64,000 bases of DNA. Source: Mustelus asterias. Lineage: Eukaryota. The notes beneath the pieces are model-generated. The model saw only the letters and a list, made by a program, of their open reading frames with translations, was not told where the DNA came from and ran no database searches. This document shows, piece after piece, positions 23,401 to 36,160 of the stretch (within the stretch, counting starts at the first letter, position 1; every line of letters starts with the position of its first letter). Made by a program: the position numbers and the translations under genes. The stretch spans positions 30,380,001 through 30,444,000 of the forward strand of contig NC_135828.1 in NCBI RefSeq assembly GCF_964213995.1, given 5' to 3'.

Positions 23401-25008
23401 CCCTGTCCCGTGGATCATGTGCCAGTGCCCAACTAGACCAGCTACAGTCCCTCCATAACGACCTCTGTCACCCGGGTGTCACCAGATTTTTCCATTTTGT
23501 CAAGTCCCGTAACCTGCCCTTCTCCCTTGAGGAAGTCCGGATGATTACCAGGCAATGCAGGGTCTGCGCTGAGTGCAAACCGCAGTTCAACCGGCCAGGT
23601 AGGGCGCACCTTGTAAAGGCCACTCGCGCGTTCGAGCGCCTTAGCGTTGATTTTAAAGGCCCCCTCCCCTCCTCTAACCGCAATGTTTATTTCCTGAATA
23701 TCATTGACGAATACTCACGTTTCCCTTTTGCCTTCCCCTGCTCGGACATGACCACGGCTACAGTGATTCGGACCCTGAACAAGCTCTTCACCCTGTTCGG
23801 CTTCCCAGCCTATATTCATAGCGACCGTGGGTCCTCTTTCATGAGTGACGAGCTGAGGCAGTACCTGCTCGCCAAAGGCGTTGCCTCCAGCCGCACCACT
23901 AGCTATAACCCCAGGGTCAATGGTCAAGTAGAGCGGGAGAACGCAACCGTCTGGAAGGCCGTTCTATTAGCGTTACGGTCTAGGGGCCTTCCAGTCAGCC
24001 GTTGGCAAGACGTCCTTCCGGACGCATTACATTCCATTAGGTCACTCTTGTGCACAGCGACCAATACGACCCCTCACGAGCGGATGTTTTCATTTCCCAG
24101 GAAGTCCTCCTCGGGTACTTCGCTCCCAGATTGGCTGATGTCCCCGGGACCCGTCCTGCTTCGGAAGCATGTCCGGACCCATAAGGCAGATCCCTTGGTC
24201 GAGGAAGTCCAATTGCTCCATGCTAATCCCCAATATACTTATGTAGTGTACCCTGATGGGCGGTAGGACACGGTTTCTGTCCGTGACTTGGCACCCGCGG
24301 GTGCCCCGGAGGTCACCACGTCCTTCCGCCCCACGGTCCCTGGTGTCGTCCATTCGGAGACTGCTACGCCTCTTCCTCCCTCAGTCCCTGTCCCCAATGT
24401 AGTGTGCCCAGAGCCTGTTGCAGCCCCCCACCCCCCAGCTCCGGTTCCCACTGTTCCCCATACGCCACCAGGGCCACTGCTCATTCCTCTCGCCCCTATG
24501 TACAGCTCGCTTGAGTCGCCGGAGCCGTCGCCACGCAGTACCCGACGACTGGACGGGACGACGGATCGGTCCGCTTCACACCACCCAGCGCCTTCTCTCG
24601 ACGCTCACTGTACGGAGCCTGGGCCGACATCGCTCCCTGCTCGGACGACTCTGCGACCTGCACTACGACGATCGCGACGACGGATCAAGCCACCGGTTCG
24701 TCTGGACTTGTGATATTGTTTCCGCTTCACCCCCGTGTTGTTTTTTTAAAAGGAAGGGGTGAATGTGGTGGACCTCAGTTGTGCCTTTGTCCTATATGGA
24801 CCACCGTTGTGTGTGTTTGTCATACCTGGACACATCCCCTTCCAGTTTGGTTCCTCCCCTCAGCACCTAGTATAAAGGTGGCTGTCTCCTCCCCCTTGTT
24901 CAGTCCAGGTCGGTTAATTGTTGGGATCTGCTCCTGATTCTGTTGTGAATAAAAGCCTACACTTATATTGGCATATCGGTAGTCTTTCGCCTTATTGATA
25001 GCGCATCA
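20479..25008 (+). mobile_element. Ty3/Gypsy LTR retrotransposon nested in ERV env
   Basis: 245-bp LTRs (20479-20723, 24764-25008), identical by eye; 5-bp TSD ACATG (20474-20478/25009-25013); PPT AAAAGGAAGGGGTG at 24748. Confidence 0.95.
20748..24713 (+). CDS. Gypsy gag-pol polyprotein (single frame, one in-frame TAG at 24264-24266)
   Basis: Two CCHC knuckles, LFDCGS protease, IDLKSAYHQ/PFG/YLDN RT, DASD RNase H, HHCC+DDE integrase in PR-RT-RH-IN order; ORF 24288-24713 is in the same frame. Confidence 0.9.
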
Positions 25009-26448
25009 ACATGGGAATCGGACTGTATGTTACCCGTTAACACAATCTGTAGAAGCCCTATTTGTAGCCACCCCTGGGTGGACCCCTCATGACTTATATA
25101 CTGTAGATACATCAGAGACACCCTGCAAGGGACAAATTGGCAAATATAAAAGAGGTTTACAGGGGAGATGTGTGGGACTTGTAAACCCCACAAATCCTAC
25201 ATGCAAGGGCTCCCAAAAGGAGGGAGGAAAAGCTTGCCCAGAGACTGCAAGCTATCCGCTTTGTTTCACGGGGCAGGGATGGGGATGTGCCTATGCCTTA
25301 GTCCCTAAGAATGATTCTTGTGTACAGACACAGTGTGTCCGTCAACATTGTCAGATTAACAAGGGACAGATTACTTGTATTTGTGACGAATGGAAATGTT
25401 TAAATATAACCGCGGGAAGACAGCTTATTTGTGGACAGTGTAATGGAACTCACGTAAGCTCAGCCAAATGGACATACCCCTTTGATACTTACCAGGTGGT
25501 GGGATCAAACGGGAAGCCAAATAAACTGAACAATTGGCAGTATGAGCAAACTCATAATCAGGACACTAAATGTTACCGGTCTAAGAAGGGGTATGTATTC
25601 CTCTTCAATGGTACCTACATGACAGAAACACCAAACCTCCCAGACCGTTTTGCGGTAGGAACAATCGGGTCACTGACTGTTCCATGCCCTCAGAAGGGGT
25701 ACATTCGGAGGAGAATAGTAACCCGGGCTATTAGCAGGGAATTCTGCGCTGACTGGGAAGCCCCGGGTACACTAGGATCCTCACTGGGGTATGGGTTCCT
25801 CGGAGCGTATCTCTTGGAGGGTCAGCCGGGGTAATTGGAGCAAAGAATAGAAACCATATTGTTTGTGGGCTAACAATCCTGGGAAACAGCACTTCAAAAG
25901 CATTGGAGGCTGTCAACCAAGAAATGGCTGAATTAAGATTGTATGCTCAGCAGACATGATACGCAGTGGACTACCAGTTAGCACAACAAGGGGGAGTATG
26001 TGCAATCATAGGCAACAAATGCATAACCCATGTCACAGATGAGTCTTACAATATTACACAGGTCATCAATGACATCAGGAAACAACTTGATAACTTTAGA
26101 CAGGGACCCAGGAGAGGAAGTAGTTGGCTGGCATGGCTGGTGGGATAATCCTGGGAATCGTACCTGTTACATGGATTGGTCATACTCATTGTCATTATAA
26201 TTGTCTGTTGTCTGACTGTGGGATGTCTTAAAGTCTGTTTTAAGATAATGTTGACAAGAATTGTGTCAGGAGCCAGTGTGTACATCGAAGAAGAGCCCCT
26301 AATGAAGATCCCCGAAGACGTCAGAAGAAATGAAGATACTGGAAGAAATAAAGACATCAAAAGAAGCAAAGAAGGAGAGAAGAACGAAGACCTGTATATG
26401 TGAATGTATGATTGTTGGTCTGAGGATTGTCCAAGCTATAATCCGACC

Positions 26449-26460
26449 AAAAGGAGGGAC
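26449..26460 (+). promoter_or_regulatory. ERV polypurine tract
   Basis: AAAAGGAGGGAC immediately before the 3' LTR. Confidence 0.85.
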
Positions 26461-27109
26461 TGTAAAGGGGAAAATACAAGGGGGGGCACACTTTAAAATG
26501 GCAATATAAGAAAGCACACTCTAAAATGGCTGCCTGGCACACAAAGGGTTAACTGGGAAAGCCAAAAGAGCAGTCACAGGCTCCTGCTGTTCAGAAAAAC
26601 CTAACAGACAAGCCACTTCAAAAGTACAGACAGTGACTCATAGCAAACAAACACCTCAGGAAGCCAAGCCAAGGGTCAAAACATCTTTTTAAGATAAGGA
26701 AACCCCAAAACAAAGAGCTTAGATTAACGTTAAAGGAACGTGGGAAATATGAATGCGAGGGAACCGATTAGCACCTGAATGAGACGAAACTAGCCATTGA
26801 TAGATACAGACATAAGGAGATGTACCCATTCATAAAATGCTAAATGTCTATACCTGTTTGTACTTTTGTAAACATGAGGAAATGTACCCATTCATAAAAT
26901 GTTAAATACTTGTATTCACTTAAACAATGTGATAATGTTCGAATCACCGGTTTACCCATTGTGTAAAGGGTATAAAAATGAACCGCTCCCGACATACTAT
27001 TGAGAGAAGGTTTGCTACAGACATGTGCCTTGTCTCCACGGAGCTCCATTTAATAAATTGTATTTTCTGAATCTCGAAGTCTGACTACTAGTGGATTTTT
27101 CCCACAACA
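26461..27109 (+). repeat. ERV 3' LTR (649 bp)
   Basis: About 7 substitutions and 1 indel relative to the 5' LTR, counted by eye. Confidence 0.95.
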
Positions 27110-27113
27110 CCTC

Positions 27114-27325
27114 CAGGTGCTCCGGTTTCCTCTCACAGTCCAAAGATGTGCGGATTAGGTTGATTGGCCATGCTAAAATTGTCCCTAGTGTCCTGAAATG
27201 CGTAGGTTAGAGGGATTAGTGGGTAAATATGTAGGGATATGGGGTAGGGCCTGGGTGGGATTGTGGTCGGTGCAGACTCGATGGGCCGAATGGCCTATTT
27301 CTGTGCTGTAGGGTTTCTATGATTT
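27114..27325 (+). mobile_element. HE1 SINE 3' half
   Basis: Continues the SINE begun at 13610; GGGTTTCTATGATTT tail. Confidence 0.9.
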
Positions 27326-28397
27326 CACAGGAACAGGCTCTATGGCCCTCCAAGCCTACGCCGCTCATGTGCCCACTGGACCATTCTTTTGTATCCCTAT
27401 ATTCCCAGTCTGTTCATGTGGCTATCTAGATAAGACTTAAACGATCCCAGCGTGTCTGCCTCAATCACCTAGCCTGGCAGTGCATTCCAGGCCCCCACCA
27501 CCCTCTGTGTAAAATACGTCCCCCTGACATCTGTGTTGAACCTTGCCCCCCTCACCTTAAACCCGTGACCCCTTGTGTTCGTCACCTCCGACCTGGGAAA
27601 AAGCTTCCCACTGTTCACCCTATCTATGCCCTTCATAATGTTATACACTTCTATTCGGTCGCCGATCATCCTCCGTCTTTCCAGGCAGGACAACCCCAGT
27701 TTACCCAATCTTTCCTCATAGCTAAGACCCTCCATACCAGGCAACATCTTGGTAAACATTTTCTGTACTCTCTCCAAAGCCTCCGCGTCGTTCTGGTAGT
27801 GTGGCGAACAGAACTGGACGCAGTATTCCAAATGTGGCCTAACCATCGCTCTATACAGCTGCAACATCATATGCCAACTTTTATATTCTATGCCCCATCC
27901 AATAAAGGCAAGCATACCATATGCCTTCTTCACCACCCTCTCCACCTGTGTTGCCACCTTTAAGGACCTGTGGACTTTTCACCCAGGTCCCTCTGTGTGT
28001 CTATACTCCTGATGGTTCTGCCATTTATTATATAGCTCCCCCTTACATTAGATCTACCGAAATGCATCACTTCGCATTTATCCGGATTAAATTCCATCTG
28101 CCATTTCTCCGCCCAATGTTCCAGCCTATCTATATCCTGCTGTATTCTTTGACAATGTTCATCACTATCCACAACTCCAGCAATCTTCATGTCGTCCGCA
28201 AACTTACTGATCACACCAGTTTCATCTTCCTCCAATTCATTTATATATATCACAAACAGCAGAGGTCCCAGTACAGAGCCCTACGGAACACCACTCGTCA
28301 CAGACCTCCAACCGGAAAAAGACCCCTCCACTGCTACCCTCTGTCTTCTATGGCTAAGCCAGTTCTCCACCCATCTAGCTAGCTCACCTTTTATCCC
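27326..28397 (-). mobile_element. CR1 LINE 3' portion; its extreme tail is displaced to about 13552-13576
   Basis: KFADD, RPHLEYCVQF, FTQRVVGAWNALP in minus ORFs. Confidence 0.9.
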
Positions 28398-29996
28398 GCA
28401 ATTCTTTCATTTCCTCTGGCGCCTCACGCCTTTACGGACTTGACTGGCCAATAAAATATGTCTGACTAAGGGCATTGAACAACAAAATTATATTAAACCA
28501 GTCAAATCCGGCCCATCCAGGCTCAGTGTAATAGCTTGCCTTTATATAACAGAACAATGGCACGTTGTCGATTATCTCTACAGGTTCAAGTGGAAAGTAG
28601 GAGAGGATATTTTTGAAACAGGGAAAAGGCAGGTTGTTGCTGGTACCACACAAGCCATTTTTCTCCGTGCAATATTTTGTTTTCAACTCCTGGCAACAGT
28701 TTGCCAAGAATCAGCCCAAGGTAAGTGACAGTGAACCAGACAGAACAGCGTGTAGCTGCATGATGCAGGACATTGATAACTCTGCACACAGGTGTGATGT
28801 ACAAGAAAGACCATGGTTCATAATAATACACAAACTTTCACAGTATGACATTTGTGATAATGAACGCTAGATCCCCTGTTGCCATGGCCATACTATAGCG
28901 AGTGGTGCAGGTCGAGAGGCTGCATCTTCTCCGGTACAGGATCAGAATCGCTACTATACTAACTTGCGGGGAGAGACAGGAAGAGAGAGGGAGAGAATGG
29001 ATTAGAGAAAACAGCAATGATTCATGAAATGTTCCAAGTGTCTTACCCAAAAATGTATGTCAGGATTTTAGTAAGAAAATAGGGCAAGCTGAAAAGACAG
29101 CACAGAGGTTATAATTTTAAGAATCTAGGCCCAGTCCTTACCTACCTCGAGCTGTGCTTCCCTTTTAATGGATTCAGGATGGAGTTGAGGGAAGCCATCC
29201 TATCCTGGGATGCAGATTTGAAAATAAACTAATTCTGGCCACAAGTCTGTTAGATAATTTGTTTCACAAGTTTAAGTGTGAGTGGCCAGGTATTCCCCAT
29301 TAGACCCCAGACCCACCACAGGGATTGGTGACTTGAACCATGCACCCTTCGCCAACAACACACCCCAGGATTGAACCCTCTTCCAGTGCTGGCGGGATGA
29401 AAAGCAGAAAGCCAAATATTCAAAACACCAGGATCAGAGCCAAACAATAACACCACCACATTGTTCCTGCTGAATAAATCGATTAAAAAACATTTCAGGT
29501 CAAGAACGCATATTCATTACGTGGCACTGTTTGATAACAAAACTCAGCACTGATGACCCACAGAATTGCAGGGCCATACTTTGCAAAGTGGATTACCTAA
29601 TACGATGACAACTGAAATATTGATTATGATCAGTTTGCTAATGTCACTACACTCTCCTATTTAGCTGTTGTGAATAGGAAATTTTAAGTATCGGTTCCTG
29701 CCGGTGCCATACAATTGATGACAGAGCAAAGGTACATATTACAGACCATCAGCAAAACCTATGCCCTTTGAAATCACTTACATCTATAATGAACAGAAGC
29801 AGCTCCCTGGAGTGCAAGGACAAGTCAGGCAAACTTTCAAAACAGAGATAACTTTATTTTCTTTCCAGTGAGTGACCCGCACTTGGTAAGATTCTATACT
29901 GACAGACACGTCCAGTAACTCTTGCCACCGGGATCTGGTGATCCCTCCTGTGAATGTCCACTGGGACGATGCTGCAGTGAGAGATACTCCCAGAAG

Positions 29997-30473
29997 AGAA
30001 AAGATTTACGATCATGCTACCAGGACTTGATGGTTTGAGTTTAAGGAGAGGCTGGATAGATTGACACTTTTTTTCTCTGGAGCATGGGAGGCTTAGGGAT
30101 GATCTTATAGAGGTATATAAAATAATGAGGGGCACAGATCAGCTAGATAGTCAATATATTTTCCAAAAGGTAGGGGAGTCTAAAACTAGAGGGTTAAGCT
30201 GAGAGGGGAGAGATACAAAAGAGTCCAGGGGGGCATTTTTTTTATCAGACAGAGGGTGATGAGTGTCTGGAACAAGTTGCCAGAGGTAGTAGTAGAGGCG
30301 GGTAAAAATTTGTCTTTTAAAAAGCGTTTAGACAGTTACATGGGTAAGATGGCTATAGAGGGATATGGACCAAATGCGGGCAATTGGGACCAGCTTCGTC
30401 GTTAAAAAAAGGGGTGGCATGGACAAGTTGGGCCGATGGGCCTGTTTCCAAGCTGTAAACCTCTATGACTCTA
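29997..30473 (+). mobile_element. CR1 3' fragment
   Basis: Near-identical to 2995-3472. Confidence 0.85.
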
Positions 30474-30834
30474 ACTTCCTTGACTCCGTGTTGTGCACTG
30501 TAATACAATTCATTCGTACAAGTTTTCCACAAGAAGTCAATAACTTTGAAAGTTCAGGGAGCGTATGAGAGGCAAATAGATATTTTAATCTCAGTCGAGG
30601 CAATGTTGTAGAAAGTCAATCTGTAAATCGGGTCAACATGTTAGATGTGTCCCTACACAACTGTAGGTTAGCACATGTCATTGTAAATCACAGAAACAAT
30701 CCAGCCAGCAGCTCCGACACATACATTTTAACCTCTTGGTTACAGTCACTTCCCAAGAACAGCGATAACGGCGAGGATATTTTCAGAGTTGTGTCAGTTG
30801 ATAAATGCATTTTCTACATGAAATCATCCACCTC

Positions 30835-31154
30835 CAGCGGCACAGCGCCGGGACCTGGGTTTAATTTCGGCCTTGGGTCACTGTCTGTGTGGAGTTTGCA
30901 CATGTTCCCCATGTCTGCATGGGCTCCCTCCGGGCTCTCCGGTTTTCTCCCACAGTCCAAAGATGTGCGGGTTAGGTTGATTGGCCATACTAAATTGCCC
31001 CTAGTGTCAGGGAATTAGCAGTGTAAATATGTGGGGACCGTTACAGGAATAGGGCCTGAGCGGTATTATGGTCGGTGGAGACTTGATGGGCCGAATGGCC
31101 TCCTTCTACACTGCAGGGATTCTATGATCTTCTGCGATCATTCTATTCTATGAT
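30835..31154 (+). mobile_element. HE1-type SINE
   Basis: HE1 body and tail motifs. Confidence 0.8.
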
Positions 31155-32504
31155 CCCTCCGTGCAGCAAAAAATCTTTGTGTTAACCACTGATTGAGTAC
31201 TTTCGCAGGTCCGGTCATTTACACAACGTGGAATCTGCCTGGGGAAGATGAAATTTAAAACTTTTTTTTGCAAGAATTCGAAATGACATCACCCTGAGTT
31301 TGTTTTGCAATAGAATATATTAACTTCAGAGCTTATGTTCGAAAAATGCTAAGACTGGGTAATCTCAATCGCGTTCATTTTCTAATGAAGATTGGAATCT
31401 ATATTCTCCAAGTAATGAGATTGTTCTTTGAAACAACATCAGTCCCGACGTTAGAGCCCGCATTCGTCCAGTGATGTTCTTCACGGGACTGTTAACATTC
31501 AATAGTTAACCTCTCAACCTTACAGCGTCTCTCACAGCCCAGCTCAACCAAAACCTCAAGCTAATACATCACATCCAGTCAACACAGCACATGACATAAA
31601 TACAACAAATTAACACAGCATATCCCATGGAGCCGGTTGCCGTGTCCAGCATATCATGGCCGACTAAAGAGGGCTATTTGTCATATTCCTACAATATAGC
31701 TCTTTCCCAGATGCTTACAGTGTGCAGCACATCACATATTTACAGCGAGGGTTCGGGAGTTGGCAGGGGGCGTGGGTGGGGGGGGGGGGGGGAGGTGGGC
31801 GGGGGGGTGGTGGTTGGGGGGATTGGGGGGAGGGGGGCGGGGGGGGCGGTGGTGGTTGGAGGACTGGAATTCATTGCCGAAAAGGATGATAGAGAAAGTA
31901 TTATACTTGTCTTGTTCAGCTAAACTTTAATAATGCAAACCGAGAGTTGGAACACGGGAATTCGACTGACAAGATCCATTGTTGGTCCTCCAATGCAAAT
32001 TGTGGTTCCTGTCCCATTGTTGCAGATTGGCACGTCTCAAAGCACAGAGCGATGTGTTGAAGGACCCACTAAAGGTTGTGGCAACTGCCGCAGACACACA
32101 CCGAGCGGAAGGTCAATTTCTCAGAACTTTCCGCCATAATGTACCAAGGGATGAGCATTCTGGAGACTCGCTCTGGTGGTATGACTCACATTGAATGCAT
32201 GCAATTAAATTTACATGCATCAAAATTGTACTGAAGCACTTCAGAGTGCAACGTGGTCATGTGGACAAATTGACCGCCATTGCACTTTGTGTAATGACCA
32301 GTTCTGAAATGCCACTCATGTCCGTTTTGTTGTGTTGGAGCACCACAACATGATCTATAGAAAACATGAATATGATTGCAACTTCTGTAATGACCATTTT
32401 GAAATATTTCATAGTGTTCTGTATGATGTTCTAAGAATAAGGCATTTTTTTGCCATCAGTCAAATAAATCAGTTCTTAAGCTCATGCTCATTCATACCTA
32501 AGAA

Positions 32505-33020
32505 CGGATATGCTGGCCTTGGAGGGAGCCCAAAGGAGTTTCATAAGAATGATCCCTGGAGTGAAGGGCGTGTCATATGAGGAGCTGTTGAGGAGTCTCC
32601 GTCCATACTCGATGGAGTTTAGAAGGATGAAGTGGGATCTAATTGAAACTTACAGAATACTGAGAGGCCTGGAAAGAGTGCACATGCAGAGGATGTTTCC
32701 ACGAGTGGGAGAGACTAGAACTCGAGAGGACAAACTCAGAGTGCAGGGACGCTCCTTTTAATCAGAGATGAAAAGGAATTTATTCAGCCAGAGGGTGGTG
32801 AATCTGTGGAAGTCAGTGCCACAGATCGTTGTGAAGGCCAGGTCATTGAGTGTCTTTAAGACAGAAATAGATAGGTTCTTGATTAATACGGAGATCAAAG
32901 ATTATGGGGAGAAGGCAGGAGAATGGCAATGAGAATCATATCAGCCACGATTGAATGGCAGAACAGACTCGATGGGCCAAATGGCCTAATTGTGCTCCTA
33001 TATCTTATGGTCTTATGTTC
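32505..33020 (+). mobile_element. CR1 3' fragment
   Basis: LALEGAQRSFIRMIPG...DLIETYRIL; TCTTATGGTCTTATG tail. Confidence 0.85.
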
Positions 33021-33839
33021 CTGTATTTCTAAGGTTTGTTTTTGAAATTGGCAGACAGCAGGCCTGAGCATTTTGGAGGAAGAACATTAATATGCTGCTG
33101 ACTGGGAGCAACAAGTGAGAATACCACTGTTGATCATTTCCGTCAGCCTTCTCGCCAGATGTCTCACTGAGTGATAAGCGATTTCATTGGAGGGGGTGAA
33201 GTAAAAAACATGGACAGCAAGAACATCATGTTACCGCTTCCTGCAATGAATGCATTGAAGCCATACGCCAGGTCCATGGACAGAAACATGATGGGCCGCC
33301 GAATGTAGCATCCAATTTGTCCCGTGCCCTCAATTTCCGCTCAGGTATCACCTCCTGCATTTCTGAATGTACCAGGGGACCCGATCCAGGAACACATGAA
33401 TTTAAATTCTCACCCACGGTTCCAAACTCATCAATAATTCTGACATCTCCCCTTATCCCTCTAAACTCCTCCAGGCCCTACAAACCTTCGAATGTAACCC
33501 TTGCACATCTCCGCCAAACCTCCCGATCTCTCTCGAACCTTCTCACTTCTATTATCATGCACTCCTGCGCATCTTTGTAAACTAATCCAGTCCGTACATC
33601 CCTTGGGATATCTTTTGCCTTGTCCAGCCATTTCTTGTCTTTCGGTCTCCGTTAATATCTCCAATTCCATCACCCTGGAAATCTGCGCAACTTGCTCCGA
33701 CCTCAACGACCGTCCATCTCAACGGAAAAATTCCGAATAACAGAAGTAGAGGATCGCGTGGAATTTCGGGAAACTTGGCGAGATGGACCCAAAACTGCCT
33801 TCGTAATAGTTCACAAAGGATGGTGGTAGAAAGCTCTTT

Positions 33840-34370
33840 GAGTGACTGGAGGCCAGTTTCCAAAGACTCCCAACCCGCTGAGAAAAGAAATTCCTCCTGA
33901 TCTCGGTCTTAAATTGGCTTCCCTTCATTCTGAGACTCTGCCCTCTGATCCGAGATCTCCTATGAGGGAAAACATCCTCTTAAGATTTACCATGTCACGC
34001 CCCTTGAGAACCCTATATGTCCCGAATTCCAATGAGTAGAGACCCAATTTTCTCAACCTTCATAACACAGTCCCTCCATACTGAGGATAATTCTAGTGAA
34101 CCTTCTCTGAACTGTCTCCAGTGAAATAATATCGTTTCTTAAATAAGGAGACAAACACTGTTCACATTATTCCAGATGTGGGCCACCAGTCAATGTAAAG
34201 TTGCAGCAAGACTTCCTTACTCTTATTGTCCAGCCCCTTTGAAATAAGGGTCAATATTCAATTAACTTTCCTGATTACCTTCTGCTCCTGCGTTTCTTGC
34301 AGATGTACCCCAAGTCCCTTAATGTTGCAGCTTTCCACAGTTTTTTTTCCCATTGAGATAACACATTGTT
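33840..34370 (-). mobile_element. CR1 fragment
   Basis: RRNFFSQRVGSLW in a minus ORF. Confidence 0.75.
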
Positions 34371-34374
34371 CTTT

Positions 34375-34745
34375 TGATTTGATTTGATTTATTATTGTCA
34401 CATGTATTAACATACAGTGAAAAGTACTGTTTCTTGCGCGCTATATAGACAGAACATACCGTTCAGATAGAAGGAAACGAGAGAGTGCAGAATGTAGTGT
34501 TACAGTCATAGATAGGGTGTAGGGAAAGATCACCTTAATGCAAGGTAAGCCCATTCAAAAGTCTGACAGCAGCAGGGAAGAAGCTGTTCTTGAGTCGGTT
34601 GGTATGTGACCTCAGACTTTTGTATCTTTTTCCCGACGGAAGAAGGTGGAAGAGAGAATGTCCGGGATGCGTGGGGTTCTGAATTATACCGGCTGCTTTG
34701 CCGAGGCGGCGGAAAGTGTAGACAGAGTCAACGGATGGGAGGCTG
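34375..34745 (-). mobile_element. Rex1/Babar-like LINE 3' end
   Basis: (TTTGA)n tail; reverse complement of the copy at about 55380-55932. Confidence 0.65.
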
Positions 34746-35294
34746 GTTTGTTGTGCCTTCTAACATGAAGACCTTACGGATAACATGCTGTTGTATCAGT
34801 AATTTGTCGACCAAGGCTTCGAGTTAATCACTTTTCTTCATAAAGTGCTACACGGTCTGAAGAGGATTTTAATGAAGGTTTTGCGATTACAAAAACTGTG
34901 AAAAATAAAATGGAAGTGTTAATAATAACGGAGGCGAGTTGCATTGCTTCCAACATTGATACCGAAGCTGTTCAGATTTTTCTCATGATCGACAGAAATC
35001 CGCACAAAGTCTGTGCCCACATGTATGTGGGATCCGGGGAACAGTGCAGGCTCTTTTATTTGATCGATATCGACCATATAGCGCTGCGGCTCCCCTGCCG
35101 CCTCGGGGAAAAATGTTAGCACACATGGTCCGCAGATACATAACACGGCTGGTGGTATTAACTATTGATGATTTTTTTAGTTCTTGCTAAAGTGGAGAGA
35201 ATGAGTTCGTACATCTGAGCGTGGAATGACGCAAAACTAAAGTTGGCCACTGACTGAGCATGTCTGATAGCATTTGGAATATAACTATCCAATT

Positions 35295-35567
35295 AGAAAC
35301 ATAGAAACATAGAAACATAGAACAGTACAGCACAGAACAGGCCCTTCGGCCCACGATGTTGTGCCGAGCTTTATCTGAAACCAAGATCAAGCTATCCCAC
35401 TCCCTATCATCCTGGTGTGCTCCATGTGCCTATCCAATAACCGCTTAAATGTTTCTAAAGTGGCTGACTCCACTATCACTCCAGGCAGTCCATTCCACAC
35501 CCCAACCACTCTCTGCGTAAAGAACCTACCTCTGATATCCGTCCTGTATCTCCCACCACGAACCCTA
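35295..35567 (-). mobile_element. CR1 3' end
   Basis: Reverse complement of about 160-417 with (CATAGAAA)n tail. Confidence 0.9.
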
Positions 35568-36160
35568 ATCAATTCCCGCCATTTCCACTCTTGCTCAGCA
35601 GTATTTACTTCGTGGCAAATATTTTAACTTTTTTTTCCCCTGTGTGTCCCACTGGTCACCAAGGTCACTGCAGTGAAAGGAGTTTCTCATTACTTACACT
35701 TTCATAACAGTTTCTGAGCTGGATCATCTGTATCGGTATGAAATTTACCTTATGAGCTTTAACAAGAACACAATCTGCCTCTGCAGTCTCTCAATATAAC
35801 TGATCTTAGTTCTTCACAAGGCCTTCAAGATGTTTGTTCCCACAGAAACCTTCTCCTCTGCTTCATGTTCTTCAGTCAACATTTCATTCTCGTTATTTCT
35901 TCCACTGGACATTAGAACCATAGCATTTTTGCAGTGCAGGAAGAGGTAAATCGACCCATCGAGCGAAGAGCATTCCACCCAGGCTCTACTTTCTATCCCG
36001 GTACGCCCGTTCATTTAGCATGGCCAATCCACCAACCTATGGGGAGGGGATGGCCCAGTGGTACTATCGCTTGACTATTAATCCAGAAACTCAGCTAATG
36101 TTCTGGGGACCCGGGTTCAAATCCCACCATAACATATGGTGGAATTTGAATTCAATTTTT

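Larger units (their letters stand above)
20276..26403 (+). pseudogene. env: ERV env, split by Gypsy; frameshift near 25807, stops at 20337, 25957, 26146
   Basis: Hydrophobic signal at 20346-20430; HLH|GNRTVC joins in frame after Gypsy removal; Cys-rich SU; ISD-like AVDYQLAQQGGVC, CX6C, TM helix VILIVIIIV. Confidence 0.88.
13739..27109 (+). mobile_element. Endogenous retrovirus, full-length defective provirus
   Basis: Paired TG...CA LTRs, CCTC TSD (13735-13738/27110-27113), PBS, PPT, gag-pro-pol-env. Confidence 0.95.

Noticed and set aside
31765-31860. G-rich tract and Gly-rich ORF (similar tracts at about 52110 and 58800)
   Set aside because: Simple low-complexity sequence; the ORFs are compositional artefacts.
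28560-32200. Possible host exons in non-repetitive stretches (donor near 28721, acceptor near 32025, ORF 31979-32194)
   Set aside because: No recognisable protein motif or consistent exon chain; needs RNA-seq or BLASTx.
33180-33830. ORFs 33317-33580 and 33461-33706
   Set aside because: Probably a very decayed retroelement remnant; no motif I can support.
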